DNA of 64,000 bases from contig JAUCBJ010001286.1 in assembly GCA_032718475.1 (NCBI GenBank), positions 62,001 to 126,000 on the forward strand, written 5' to 3'. The notes under the pieces were generated by a model. That model saw only the letters and a program-made list of their open reading frames with translations, made no database searches and was not told the origin of the DNA. The translations under genes were made by a program, and so were the position numbers. Within the stretch, counting starts at the first letter, position 1. Each line of letters starts with the position of its first letter. Source of the DNA: Nemertoderma westbladi. Lineage: Eukaryota; Animalia; Xenacoelomorpha. Positions 1 through 11,860 of the stretch are shown here, piece by piece.

Positions 1-1
1 G

Positions 2-2284
2 GGGCCTGGGTGACATCAATCGAAGAATGGGTCCACCCGAGACCATGCTCCATATAACAACCTCTCCATCATAGCTCGATGTAGCTAATAGGTATGGTGA
101 AAGTAGACCCAATGAAAGTATGTCCTCAGAGTGAACCCCGTGGCAGGTGAACCAACCCTGGATGGGCACCTGCTCTGAATGGATATCATTAGAGTCTGTA
201 TATATACTGATATTCCTGTCCCAACCTACCGATATGATATACTTATTCTTGTTGACTTCACAGTACATGACGTCAGTGACTTCTTTCAATTGCCTCGGCT
301 TAGTTTTAGTTAATTTTCTGATGCACAATCCAGAGTTATAATTCCAAACACGCAATAAACCATCCCTGCCACCACTAATTAATCGCCTACCTGTCAGGTC
401 AAAGGTCATGCAGGTGACTGCCTGATTGCCATGAGCATTGGAAAACTCAAACAAAGGGTTACCGTTTTCAAATTCCCATATCTTAATGACAGATCCTTCA
501 GTACAGGTTATTACTTGGTTAAATGTTGGATTATACAATGTCTGTGTAATCCCATGTTTGTGTGTGAGGACAATCTCACCTTCCATGCTCTGTTTGGCAC
601 GTATAGTTAACATAGAAACGCCCTCAGCAGCAACCACTAGCGATTTCATTGTGGAGTTGTAATAAACAGCAGATAAGTCACCTCTAATGTTGTGACTTTT
701 CGGCCTCAACTCAACAAGATTACTCTGATCCTGCAGGTCCCAGACGTTGATCATTTTATCTTGCGATATTGTGTAAATTCGGCCTTCTGATGAACTCACG
801 ATCACAGAGAATATGGGTGCATTGTGTCCTGATAACAACCCTATAGGTCGCGTCGGGACATAAGGGTTCCATAATCGAATAATCCTGTCGATACCCCCTG
901 TTGCGATAATGGTTCGCTCTCGGCAAAATCCAAAACTTCTGACACCTTTATATACTCGGAAAACTGTTTGATCAGCATCTACACGTTTACGTGGGCTTGT
1001 TAAACTCACTACTTGTGAGCGACGTGCAGAACCCACACGTGCATTGGGCAGTTCGAACTGGGTGCTGCCAACAGCGCAACCGACAACCAATGCTGTCGAA
1101 TGATCATTGGAAGAAGAGAAAACTGATCTAAGTTCGGGACAGTACTTGATTTGAGTGACCCAGTCATTGTGGACAGCCCAACGTACAAACGTTGTATTAC
1201 TGGAACTTGCTACGACTTCCAGTGGCACACTAGCTAGTCCTTCTTTCCACGAACGTAAAGTTTCCCCGACTCCAGACATAGCTATTATATTAACACATCC
1301 CATCGCATCTCCATACAGAATCATTCCCTCGTCGGCACCCGTGGCACAGTAATCCAATTTAATCGGCACTGTTTCTAAACTAGTAATCTGACAATAATGC
1401 TCAAAGTTAGATAACTCATAGAATTGGATCTCACGGTCTCCAGTAATAAATATTAATTTATTGTACCTTGGCATGATCACGAAATCGGTAATCCATTTCT
1501 GTTTTGATCTTCCCGTAGATTGCGGCTCACTGGTGGTTTTCACACGTTTAAATTGTAATGTGTTGGTCCAAAAACTCACGCTTCCATCCTGACAAGCGAC
1601 CAAGTAGGTGCCGTCCGAAAGCGCATTAATCCTCACTATTTGCTCGCGATGAGGGCTGGGGTGAACCACAGGGGGTAGATTGAAAGCGCACTGCTTCCCC
1701 GCCAAATATAAGTGTTCTTTCTCACCATAATCCAGTTGCATGTAAGTACAAAAGTCGTCCCATGTGATATCCCCGTCTGAATGAGTATCGATTTTCATAA
1801 ACAAAGCTTTTATTTGGTCATCAAACTTTGAGCTGATATTGAGAGCAGACCTCAGCACCTGTTGAAAGTCATCCTGAGTGAGCACGCCATCTGAAGCAGA
1901 AGCAGCAAAGAATGCCTCTTTGAGTCTATGTAGATGTGGAAGTGCCACTCTATCTTCTATTTTGGCGTTTCGAGTTCCATCTGAGAGAAGAAGGAGCTGA
2001 GATTTTATTATGTCGAGGTTTTCACTTATTCCATCTACGTAGGAGATACTTATGCGTCTTTGTTTATCAACTTCATCCTTTTGACGGCCCCTACCAGTGT
2101 GGTAAGTAGCTGAGTTTGGTCTTGTAGGTTGTGTAGACCTGTCATGCCATGTATTTGCTGCAGCTGTTGATGGTCTTCCCCTTTCCTCTTTATATTTGTT
2201 TACACTGGTGATATCGTGGGCTGTTGCTGGTCTTATAAGAGTTCTGCAAGGCTTTAGTGTTGTATCTCTGCTTCCATTATCCAT
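2..2284 (-). CDS. EF-hand + WD40-repeat protein (WDR49/WDY/WDR64/EFCAB8-like family), 3' end beyond the window
   Basis: Hand translation from ATG at 2284 gives 761 codons with no stop down to base 2; absent from the ORF track because it is open at the edge. EF-hand-like FMKIDTHSDGDITWDDFCTYM, followed by WD repeats such as TGGIDRIIRLWNPY...LSGHNAPIFSV, SQDKMINVWDLQ, SGGRDGLLRVWNY and SVGWDRNISIY. Confidence 0.9.
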   Translation of the reverse strand, partial: MDNGSRDTTLKPCRTLIRPATAHDITSVNKYKEERGRPSTAAANTWHDRSTQPTRPNSATYHTGRGRQKDEVDKQRRISISYVDGISENLDIIKSQLLLLSDGTRNAKIEDRVALPHLHRLKEAFFAASASDGVLTQDDFQQVLRSALNISSKFDDQIKALFMKIDTHSDGDITWDDFCTYMQLDYGEKEHLYLAGKQCAFNLPPVVHPSPHREQIVRINALSDGTYLVACQDGSVSFWTNTLQFKRVKTTSEPQSTGRSKQKWITDFVIMPRYNKLIFITGDREIQFYELSNFEHYCQITSLETVPIKLDYCATGADEGMILYGDAMGCVNIIAMSGVGETLRSWKEGLASVPLEVVASSSNTTFVRWAVHNDWVTQIKYCPELRSVFSSSNDHSTALVVGCAVGSTQFELPNARVGSARRSQVVSLTSPRKRVDADQTVFRVYKGVRSFGFCRERTIIATGGIDRIIRLWNPYVPTRPIGLLSGHNAPIFSVIVSSSEGRIYTISQDKMINVWDLQDQSNLVELRPKSHNIRGDLSAVYYNSTMKSLVVAAEGVSMLTIRAKQSMEGEIVLTHKHGITQTLYNPTFNQVITCTEGSVIKIWEFENGNPLFEFSNAHGNQAVTCMTFDLTGRRLISGGRDGLLRVWNYNSGLCIRKLTKTKPRQLKEVTDVMYCEVNKNKYIISVGWDRNISIYTDSNDIHSEQVPIQGWFTCHGVHSEDILSLGLLSPYLLATSSYDGEVVIWSMVSGGPILRLMSPRP

Positions 2285-4037
2285 ATTATAAAATAGAATA
2301 GTTCAGTATAGTAATCATAATTTAATAATTTTAAACAAACATTTCAGTTTACTAAAATACAAACCTACAAGATGTAAAATAATTAAGGCATAGTGATAGA
2401 TCTTTTTTTACTATTTAATTTTAGAAAACATGAAATAAATAAAAATATAATGTAAATAAGGATATTTATTACTACAGTAATCTATAGTATTATTTATTAT
2501 TTGACATTTGAAGGTCATACTACTGTATGATCTTGATTTCAATATTATAACATTAACATTGTTTACTTTTTTCTGCTGATGATTTTATTCACGGGTGCCA
2601 ATATGAGGCAATAATGTTAACGCATAGAAGTTTCATTATAGTCAAGTAGACAGTACCGACCACCGTTCAAATTGGGTATGACTGCAGTTTTTTTGCTGAA
2701 AGTGTTAACTTGTATAAACCATTTGAAATTATGTTATATTTTACATAGTCCGCATTGAGCAATTTTTTCTAGAACACTATTTATCTTAACGACAGATGTT
2801 TTACATAGCAACAATAATGAATTAACATGCAGGGGTATATTTATCTAGTTAGACAATGGTCAATCATAAATAAGGAGAAACCAAGCTCGAGATAATAAAA
2901 ATGTAAAGAATAAGGATTATGTTTGCAGTTATGAGTTACAAATTTTGTAACATTGCAGTGTTATGGCAAACACTGTTACTGGTAGTGAACTTGTAATACA
3001 TACAAGGCTCGGTGTGCAATTTGGAGCTCATCACTGTGGCCAAGTAATGCACCGACATACATGTCTGTCAGGAATATATGCTGTCAGCACCCTAACTCTC
3101 GCTAGACATGTATCCTCAAGAACTGGTGGAAAATATGTTGGAAATATGTTAAATCGAATGTGGACTTTGTGGCCGACGCATTTATGGACAGAATGGCGCA
3201 AGTTTATCCTTTTCGAATTACTGTAGCAGTGGTTACCCAAACTGAGATGTTGTTTCTATAAGGTGATATCCGGTATTACCAGTGGACCGTACAATGAAAG
3301 GTGAAGGAATGTCGATGAAACAACTTCTGCATTTGCAGGAATTACTTTTAGTTGAATGTTTGATAATATATTTATTTGCACATTATCACAGTCCTTGTTC
3401 GCACACTTACAATAAAAATTGAAAGCCCTATTTACAAATTGCTCCCACATCCAACCAAAGTTTGTAGGCTATAGTGGCGGCTGCCGGCTGCATATTATCT
3501 ACAGCCGCTCTCCAGAATAATACTTGCGAGCCCGTTCTTCTTATATTCATTCTTGACTGCTGCAGTTTCCTTTAATTCTAAATTTTACATCTGAAATAAA
3601 TAATACTTTCATTATATTTTGTGCAAGATAATTCGCAATGCTAGGTTAGCTTTGCAGGAATTAAAAGTTCTAGGAATTCGAATAATATATCAATATCTGT
3701 GCATTATACAATAGTAAAAAAAGCCAATCAAACAGTCGGACTGAAGGCATCTCTTCGAAGATAGGGAGGACCTTTAGTCGCAATCAAAATTCATCCCTCA
3801 CCAGGGAAAAATCGACGCAAATAACAGCTGGTTACTCCCAAAAATAAAACTGTAACCTGTTCTGTTGACTTTCGTTTATCTATTTGGTTAGAATAACGTG
3901 CCACTATAACATGCATCTGTCTCCCTCTTCAGTAGCTGCTACCCGAAGGTATAACTGGTGCTACTCGTATCCCAAGGTTTGTAATTCAACAGGTACTCAT
4001 TTTATCGACCCCAGTGAATGAAAGAAGGTCGAGCAGA

Positions 4038-4200
4038 ATGAGAACCAACCTGTTGAAACTTAGAAAGTCACTAAATATTGCTACAATGAACGCACGCACT
4101 CTGAAACTGCTTAACAAACATTATTATAGCTCTGGCAATGGAATATTACATCGACATCATTTGTATTCAAGAATATCAGATTAGTCATGAGCCACCGAGA
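4038..4200 (+). mobile_element. Decayed non-LTR (RTE-like) retrotransposon fragment, N-terminus of the APE endonuclease
   Basis: MRTNLLKLRKSLNIATMNARTL, then after a frameshift IDIICIQE; these match APE motifs I and II (T-x-N-x-R-x-L; D-I-I-x-x-Q-E). Confidence 0.6.
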
Positions 4201-5685
4201 GAAAGCCGCCCCAATATTAGATTATTACAACAACATATCCATTGGGTAAGAAAGTGGAGGCGAGCCAGCCCGTCTCTTAATTTTTTACTTTATATTACGC
4301 GATCAATTTTCACTCATCTCGTCATGAACCCAACATGTATGTAACCTTTTGTTAAATTTGTTGGCTATGCGTTTGCGGTTGTTTGGGTGGAGTGTGGTAG
4401 GCCTACACTTTTCACACTTAAATATTTTGGTTGTGAAATGTTACAGGGCATAGCGATCTGAGATATTTCATTTATATTTTATTATGAGAGGAAGAAGAAC
4501 ATACAACGTTATTTACTACATATGTAACAAAATAATTGTTTTCGGGTTTAACTTGGAAGCCTCTCCAAATAGTTGATATACAATTATATTTAAAATTATT
4601 TCCATGGTCATGGTCATTCACCCGTCTTTAGTTAGAAATTTGTTTGCATGAAAGACAGTTTAGTTTAGTTATTACTGATTTATTATCTCTTATCTGACTG
4701 GGGTAATAATAAAGGATAGGATAAATGGAAGCAAAGTGTGACAGTAACAAATATTTCCCCGTCACCCTAGCATGTCTTAAGTATATGATATATCAAAGGG
4801 GGAAGTTTGGATTCACTGCATAAATGCAGTTCACCAAACTTCCCCCGAATGCACACTGTAACTTCCCCCTTCCCCCAAATATCCACTGTTGAATTAATTT
4901 GAAGCGATATAATAAGTACAAAATTGTGCGAGTTTTTAATTGTGTGGTCCAATTGTTATTTGATTTCTATTTATTATTTAAAGTGCATTTAATATCACAC
5001 TGGTTTTTAGAATATTACAACCTTATGTTTTATTTATTAACCCAATCGAAGCCTCATAAGGGCCGCTTATTTGTACGCATATCCCCTAATGCGCTCAGTA
5101 AGGTTCAAACAACATATTAATATGAAAATAAAGTATCTGCAAAGAAAATAACCCAATACTATATAATTTGACCTTATTAAAAAATTTGCACTTTTGCACA
5201 CTTATTTGCACAAATGCACTTTAGCAGATCGTACTGGTGGCTCTTATTTAACAAACTTATGTTTATCCTCTACCGATCTACGATGGTGTATGATCAAGTG
5301 TCAGTCGCTAAAAGTGTCAAAAATCCAATTTAATAAATCTGGATTTGCGATTTTGGACCATATTCATGGACATTTTAAGTCACTTTATAGACATAAAAAG
5401 TTAAACAAATGTTACGATTATAGTTAGAAATCATTCCAAACTACATTTTAATCCAAAAAATAACATTCTACAATGAATAGAACAAAATAATAGTGTTTGA
5501 AATATCGAAAAAATGTTCACTATTTAAGTGCATTTTGCACTAAGTGCACATAAGTCTTTTCCCAAGCTATTTCACACACTACAATCTATCCTCTATCCAA
5601 TGAAAAAAGTTTCAGATTAAACGGCCCTGTAGAACCGAAGTTATTTATGTTTAAAAATAGTCACTCGAAAATTTCAAATTATCTT

Positions 5686-5758
5686 GGTCACATAGTCTAG
5701 TGGTTATCAATCACATTAATGAAACCTAAGTTCGCGGGTTCGAAATCCAATATTGACC
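5686..5758 (+). pseudogene. Degenerate tRNA-like sequence (tRNA pseudogene or SINE head)
   Basis: 73 nt with GGTCA...TGACC ends, A-box-like TAGTCTAGTGG and B-box-like GGTTCGAAATCC; the anticodon arm does not pair, so no isotype is called. Confidence 0.4.
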
Positions 5759-7229
5759 TGACCATTCTTAATTTTTTTGCAAAAAAAATTATTTTTATTT
5801 TTTCACTAAAATCGCTCTAACTTCGGTTCTGGTGGTCCAAATTCAATAAAATTGGTATATTCTTTGCCGTAATTTTTTTCTTCATCTTTTGAGAGGGGTT
5901 ATTTTTGGCCCCAAAAAAATTAAAAAAAAGGGCCAAAATAACGCGATATTTTTCGACCCTTAAAATTCGTAATTTTAATTATATATGTTAAGATAAAAGA
6001 TAGCGGAGTTAATTTGATACTTTTTACAGGTACTTTTGGCGCAATACGCTAAATTATAATGGAATAGCGATTTGTTAAAAAAAAAAATTTTTCGTCCCTT
6101 TTTATAAATATTATATTTCACACGATCGCCTGCCGCTCCAGTTTTATAATACCTCCGGCGCTGTGATTAACGCTGTTAGATAGATAATTTAACGCACTAT
6201 AAGTCTGTGTTAACAAATCTCCCGTAAGTTAAGTAGTTTTCGAGCTAGACGATTTCCCGCGAAGCAAGTTTGAAGCGCGAAATTATAATTTTGGCCCTCA
6301 TTTTTTTAATATCATCCTTGGAGCAAAACCGATAGCATATTTGAATTCCCCGTATGGATATTGACTGTATAGAATGTACCTTAACCAACTAAAGTTAAAA
6401 ATAAAAAATTATTCGATAAAAACTACTTTACAAATTCTGGCCCTTTATGGCCCCTATTGCCGACATATTTTTTGTACCCCTATTCGATAGGAACGTAGCC
6501 CCAATGGTCTTCTACGAGTTTCATAAAAGAATTAGTGGATTCCTACCGGCGTTGTCGAATTAAACATTTCGGAAATAAGTTTTCCAAAAAAGACGGACAA
6601 AAACGTACAAATTTACAGCCCCTTTTTCCACCCGAAATTTTAATAAATATCTTACCCCCATTCGATACGAAGGTAGTACCACTCTTCCCCTTTCCAACCG
6701 CGTTACTTTCGTCCCCGTACGATTAATATTAGCCGAGTTATAGTGGATCCCGCAAAGTCATTTTGTCCGTTTTTTCAACTTTGACGGACATTTTCGGAAA
6801 AAAGGCGTGGTAATCTTTTTTGAAAAAAAAAACGAATTCACTAATTAATCCCTTCTATCGTATCCCGGCGTCGGCTAAGCAATAACCTAGGGTTTTTTCG
6901 AGCCACTGTAGAGCGCCTTTCAAAAAAATTTTAAAATTGTCGAAAAAATGACGGTTTTTTGTCCGCCGTGTCCGTCGAAGGGTTAGATTTAATAATGTTA
7001 GAGTTGCTAATATCTTAGAATTCCGAGCCGCTTCCCTGGTGAGAAAATAACAAAATTTGGTCAGTTCCTTCATCGAAAAGTCCCCCAGAATCCCAAGTTA
7101 ACCTATATAGTTAGCGATGGCCTGCGGCTTTAGGAGCGGCCGCGGTATTCACCTCCCTCATAGCGGCCGCGGCGGTGTTGCGTCAAATGGAGAAATATTT
7201 ATCCCACCAAGGTTGAGAAACAACCAGGC

Positions 7230-7535
7230 ACCTGCCGAACTCCAAAGAAGTATTAAAAGCATGTCCAATTATAAAGCGAGTAGTGGATTAGGTGAAATCC
7301 CTGAAGAGGTATGGAAAACCGGAGTGCTAAATAGACCATTATTGAATGCTTGCAACCGGATGTTAAAAGGGGAAAAGCCACCACCAATTTGGACTAAAGG
7401 TCAACTAAAGCCTCTCCCCAAGAAAGGAGACCTCGGTATACCAACAAACTATCGTGGGATCTGTCTGCTTGTGGTAGCTGCCAAAATATACAATAAAATG
7501 ATTCTATATAGGATTAGGCCTCACATAGAGAATAT
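7230..7535 (+). mobile_element. Non-LTR (RTE-like) reverse transcriptase N-terminal fragment
   Basis: GLGEIPEEVWK...LKPLPKKGDLGIPTNYRGICLLVVAAKIYNKMILYRIRPHIE matches RT domain 0/1 of LINEs; truncated on both sides. Confidence 0.8.
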
Positions 7536-9338
7536 TGGTCTTTTATGTTGCGTTTTATTCAAATTTTTTTTTATATAGGCCTATGTTATAAACAAATAAA
7601 GTTGAAAAAATATTTCTATCATAACAAAACAAATCTGCCATATTTTAAAAGAAATAAATAAAATCTGAAAAAAATACAATAATATTGTATAAATGTTGGG
7701 TACCGGCAATATGTTCCAGAACATTTATTTGTATCAAAACTTAAAAATAGCTACATAAAAAGTATTATAAAATGATCAATAATGCTTGATAGGGCCGTGT
7801 AGATGGAGACGTTTTAAAATTATTTTCCAACAACAATTGTAAAGCGAAAATACAAATCTTTTGAAATATAAGTATTATACAATATTCTATATATTCAATG
7901 GTGGTGTACATTAAGTATATTACCTTTAAAATTGACGTAACAACTTCGATAGAATCGGGTTCCCAAAATAGTTAGGTCTTCAAGCTCACCATCTCCCAAA
8001 TCCAACGGAATCTTCAAATTTCCAGCTATTGTAATTCTTCGTATCGAGGCAATCTTGTTTCGCAAATGGCAAAAGTCCTTTCTCATATTGCTATCGCTGC
8101 ATTTTTCTAGCGTTTCCAACTTTTGGATTTTTTGGATCTAACGCCTTACATAAGGCGGTAGATCCAGATAAGACAATCTTTCTCAAAACTAAATGTCACT
8201 ATTAATCACAATATTTTTTAATTATTTTAGTCAAAGCACTCGTCGCCTCCAACTCTCTTTAAGGTCATTTTCATTGCCTAAATGTAACTTATTACTGCAG
8301 TGTTTTGAACCATAATAAATTTTCATTGCCTAACTAAATATAACTTATTACTGCAATGTTTTGAATCATAAAAACATAATATTCTAGAATGTTTAATGTT
8401 GTTGCTAACACATTCTCTACATAGATTAACATTTTTTTTTGGTAATTTTGTTATGATTTTATCCTCCAAACAAACGGCAATAAAAAAAATTGCTCAACCT
8501 TTCCCAAAGTCTTTATAGCGAAAATTTATTGTTATAATGTTGAACAACACCATGAGCAAATAAAATTGCAGTCATACGGTGGAGAACGGTTCGTCAGTAA
8601 AATGTACCAAGCGTCTACTCGACTATTACCATTAATTACTATTTAGCTTTTATAATTTGCAATATCACATTCATAATTCAACAACAACAATAATCCCATG
8701 TGGAAATAAGGATGAATATATTTCCTTCCATAGAAACTAAAAGGGAGAACTGCCCTAAGCATTTAACGCATTCATTTCATATTAATTGAACATTGAAAAG
8801 TAATAGTAATTCGCAAAGATGTTATTTGCGACCAGTTCACCCCATGCCTTCCTTACTACTCCTAATGAGATGTTCTATTTCTCTACAAGCCAAACAACCA
8901 TAGAATATGGCAATGTATTTGTTATTATCCAGTTGTGTTGTTACATTACATATAACTTCTGTACATAATTATTATTTTATGACCTTAGAATCTACAAAAT
9001 GTCATATAATAACTAATTTTCAGAAATACATGTATAATTAATCCAACGTTACATTAATCATAAGTTGTTGCGTTGATAATCGTCGTGGAAACGAGCAACT
9101 GAGCCAAGAGTTGGATCGATTTAATTGGCCATTCGATTGTTGCATTACATCCCAATTGTGGGTATCGGAGAATTGCAGTTGCTTAGTAACTTCCACAACG
9201 CAGTGCCGACGGACATAACATGTTACTTAACGATATCGTGGAATTTTCCAAATCCAAATATAAAAATCAAATCAAAATATCGTAATGAGTATAGCGATCA
9301 AGAGAAGAATAGTAAACTCTAGAAAGGACTATTTAATA

Positions 9339-9445
9339 CCCCCCCCCCCCCCCCCCCCCCCCGCACTACCCACAACCCCATCCCACTACCCACTAACCAC
9401 CCACAACCCCATCCCACTACCCACTAACCACCCACAACCCCATCC
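9339..9445. repeat. Poly-C tract plus C-rich ~30 bp tandem repeat
   Basis: Run of about 24 C followed by repeated CCCACTACCCACTAACCACCCACAACCCCAT-like units. Confidence 0.85.
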
Positions 9446-10840
9446 AAAGCCTTCGTTCTTGGAACTTATCAGAAGACCTCTTAGAACGGAAAGATAAAGA
9501 AAGTCGAAAGAGATTAATAATTATTCCAGTATCTATAATATACTCCTACATTCAGCTAGCTCCATACTAATACCCTGCTAAGTCTCATTCATTTCTTTCA
9601 TTGTTTGTACCTTAATTTTCCGTGTAAACCCAAAACTTACCATCAGTACCAACTAATCACTCTAATGTTGAAGAATAACTTCGTTGTACCTGGTTCAATA
9701 TCGACGGAGAAACAGACAACATTTTTATTACAAGCGCTTGTAGCTTAAAGAATGAAAGCAAAAATAATAATTCTGACTCACACACTAAGGAGGAGGGAGG
9801 TGAAACTATCTCTGTTTCAAATTTCATGCAATCTCATTAAGATTTGTAGAAAAATTTGGGTAGAAGGTTCCTAAATAGAGACACTATAATTCCAGGACCT
9901 TTGCCAATTATCACATGGTGCTTGTACTTCTGCCAGAACGCCCATATTAACTGACAAAGCGACCTGACTAATAGGCCAGGGATTACACACAAATTACTTC
10001 ATTCGTTGGCCCATGTGAAGAATACCAGACTTTCTGCCGTTATATTTCACGTTGCAGTTACCCCCATGTGAAGAATACCAGGTTTTCACCAAAAACACAG
10101 GTTACAGAAGGGCTGAATCTAACCAAAACAATAAACGAATTAGTATATGTACAAGTTATAAGACAGAAATAAGCGCTACAAAACTCTTAATAAAGATAAA
10201 TTTAAAAAAAAAACAAAAAATCTTCATATATAAAATTCCAATAAAAAGTCGACCGAAAAGTGATATTCTGGTATTCTTCACATGGCATGGGCGCATTCGT
10301 TCGTTTACAAATTGCTTATTTACACTGCGGTCTGCCTCAGAACTATACTCACTTAAATTACTTAATAATAAATTAATTTTAGTTTATTGTTACTTGGCGA
10401 GATTATTCCAGAACATTAGATAATTTAATATTTTCGTTATAAACTTTCAATTTAGGCTATGGATCCAGCCGGAGTGTACTAGCTAACTTGAGGGTCAACA
10501 TTAGATATTAAATACACTAGAGAATTTATATAAATGTTTAAAAGTTAAAAGTTAATTTCTTGATTTGAAAGTTGATTAGTTGAGTTGTTATTAATAGTAA
10601 TAATTAAGTTGTTATAATAATATGAAACCACTCATTCACCCATAACACAAAATAAAATATAAATGTGAAGTTGTCATTTCCCTACAATTATAATAATTTC
10701 CATATTTCAACTAACACAATTTCGGAAGTAAGAGAATGATATCTAAATTTTTTCTTGCTAGTTGAGGAAGCGATTTTTAAAAAATCGGCTAGAGTGCACC
10801 TTCACTTTTTTAAAGAAGGGTTAATATATAATACTAAGTA

Positions 10841-11767
10841 CACCATGACCTCCAATATAGTGGCATTTTCTGATGACACGGATCCCCCCACCAGATTGTT
10901 CTACAAATCTTTATTCTTATAAATATTATCTATTATATCTAATATTATCTAATATTAACTATATCTTTATTTATTGCTTGAAATTTGAAACACAACTAGT
11001 TCAACTCAGCGTGGTTGTTAACATGAAGACGGAATTTTCGTTCGATTTTGCCTTTAAATTTTTATTATAAACGTTTTAAAATACGTGTCTTTTGCGAAAT
11101 AACACGCTCCAAATCGTGGCCAATTCTTCACATTAGTCGTAATTTTTCATATCATTTGAAAGCTTAAGTTGCGAGGATTCCAAATATGTAATATCTTAAT
11201 TTCGATGAGAAACAGCTGAGATATAGGCGTTGCAGGCCATTTATTCTATTTAATAAATACACAATATTCTGGAACAATTTGTTTATGTATGAATAGCTAA
11301 GCAATATAGATATTGTATATTCATACCGCTGTTGCCTACCAACTCATAAAATAAATAACACGTTCTAGAATTTTCTGTATTTATTAAATAGAATAAAAGG
11401 CCTGCAGCGAACAATAATTCTTGCAATCTTCGAACGCCTATATCTCAGCTGTTTCTCAACGAAATTCATATATTGTTACATATTTGGAATCCTTGCAACG
11501 CAAGCTTTCCAATGATATGAAAAAAATACGACTAATGTAAAGAATGGCCACGATACGGAGGGTGCGATTTCACATAAGACACTTTTTAAAACGCTTATAA
11601 AAAATTTTAAGGCGAAATCGAAAATTCCGGCTTCATGTGGACATCCAGGTGAGTGGAACTAGTTGTGTTTCAAATTTCAAGCAATATGATAAAGAGCTGT
11701 ATAAAAATTTGGGGGGGGGGGGGGGTCCGTGTCATCAGAAAATGACACTATATTACGGGACATGATG
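10841..11767. mobile_element. Foldback-type MITE, probably Tc1/mariner superfamily (TA flanks)
   Basis: Almost the whole element is an imperfect palindrome. AATATAGTGGCATTTTCTGATGACACGGA at 10854 pairs with TCCGTGTCATCAGAAAATGACACTATATT ending at 11754. Internal arms pair too (TTGCTTGAAATTTGAAACACAACTAGTTC ~10974 with its reverse complement ~11657; GAAACAGCTGAGATATAGGCGTT with AACGCCTATATCTCAGCTGTTTC). TA at 10839-10840 and 11768-11769; no ORF. Confidence 0.8.
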
Positions 11768-11860
11768 TATTATGTTTATATAATTGTAATTAAGTGGTTG
11801 TTTTTTATATTTTCTTATAATTGTTTTTTTGTAGTATCCTTCTCACAAGCGACTGCTCCC

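Noticed and set aside
2963-3450. Cys/His-rich short ORFs on both strands upstream of the WD40 gene
   Set aside because: Stops in every frame I checked and no recognisable motif.
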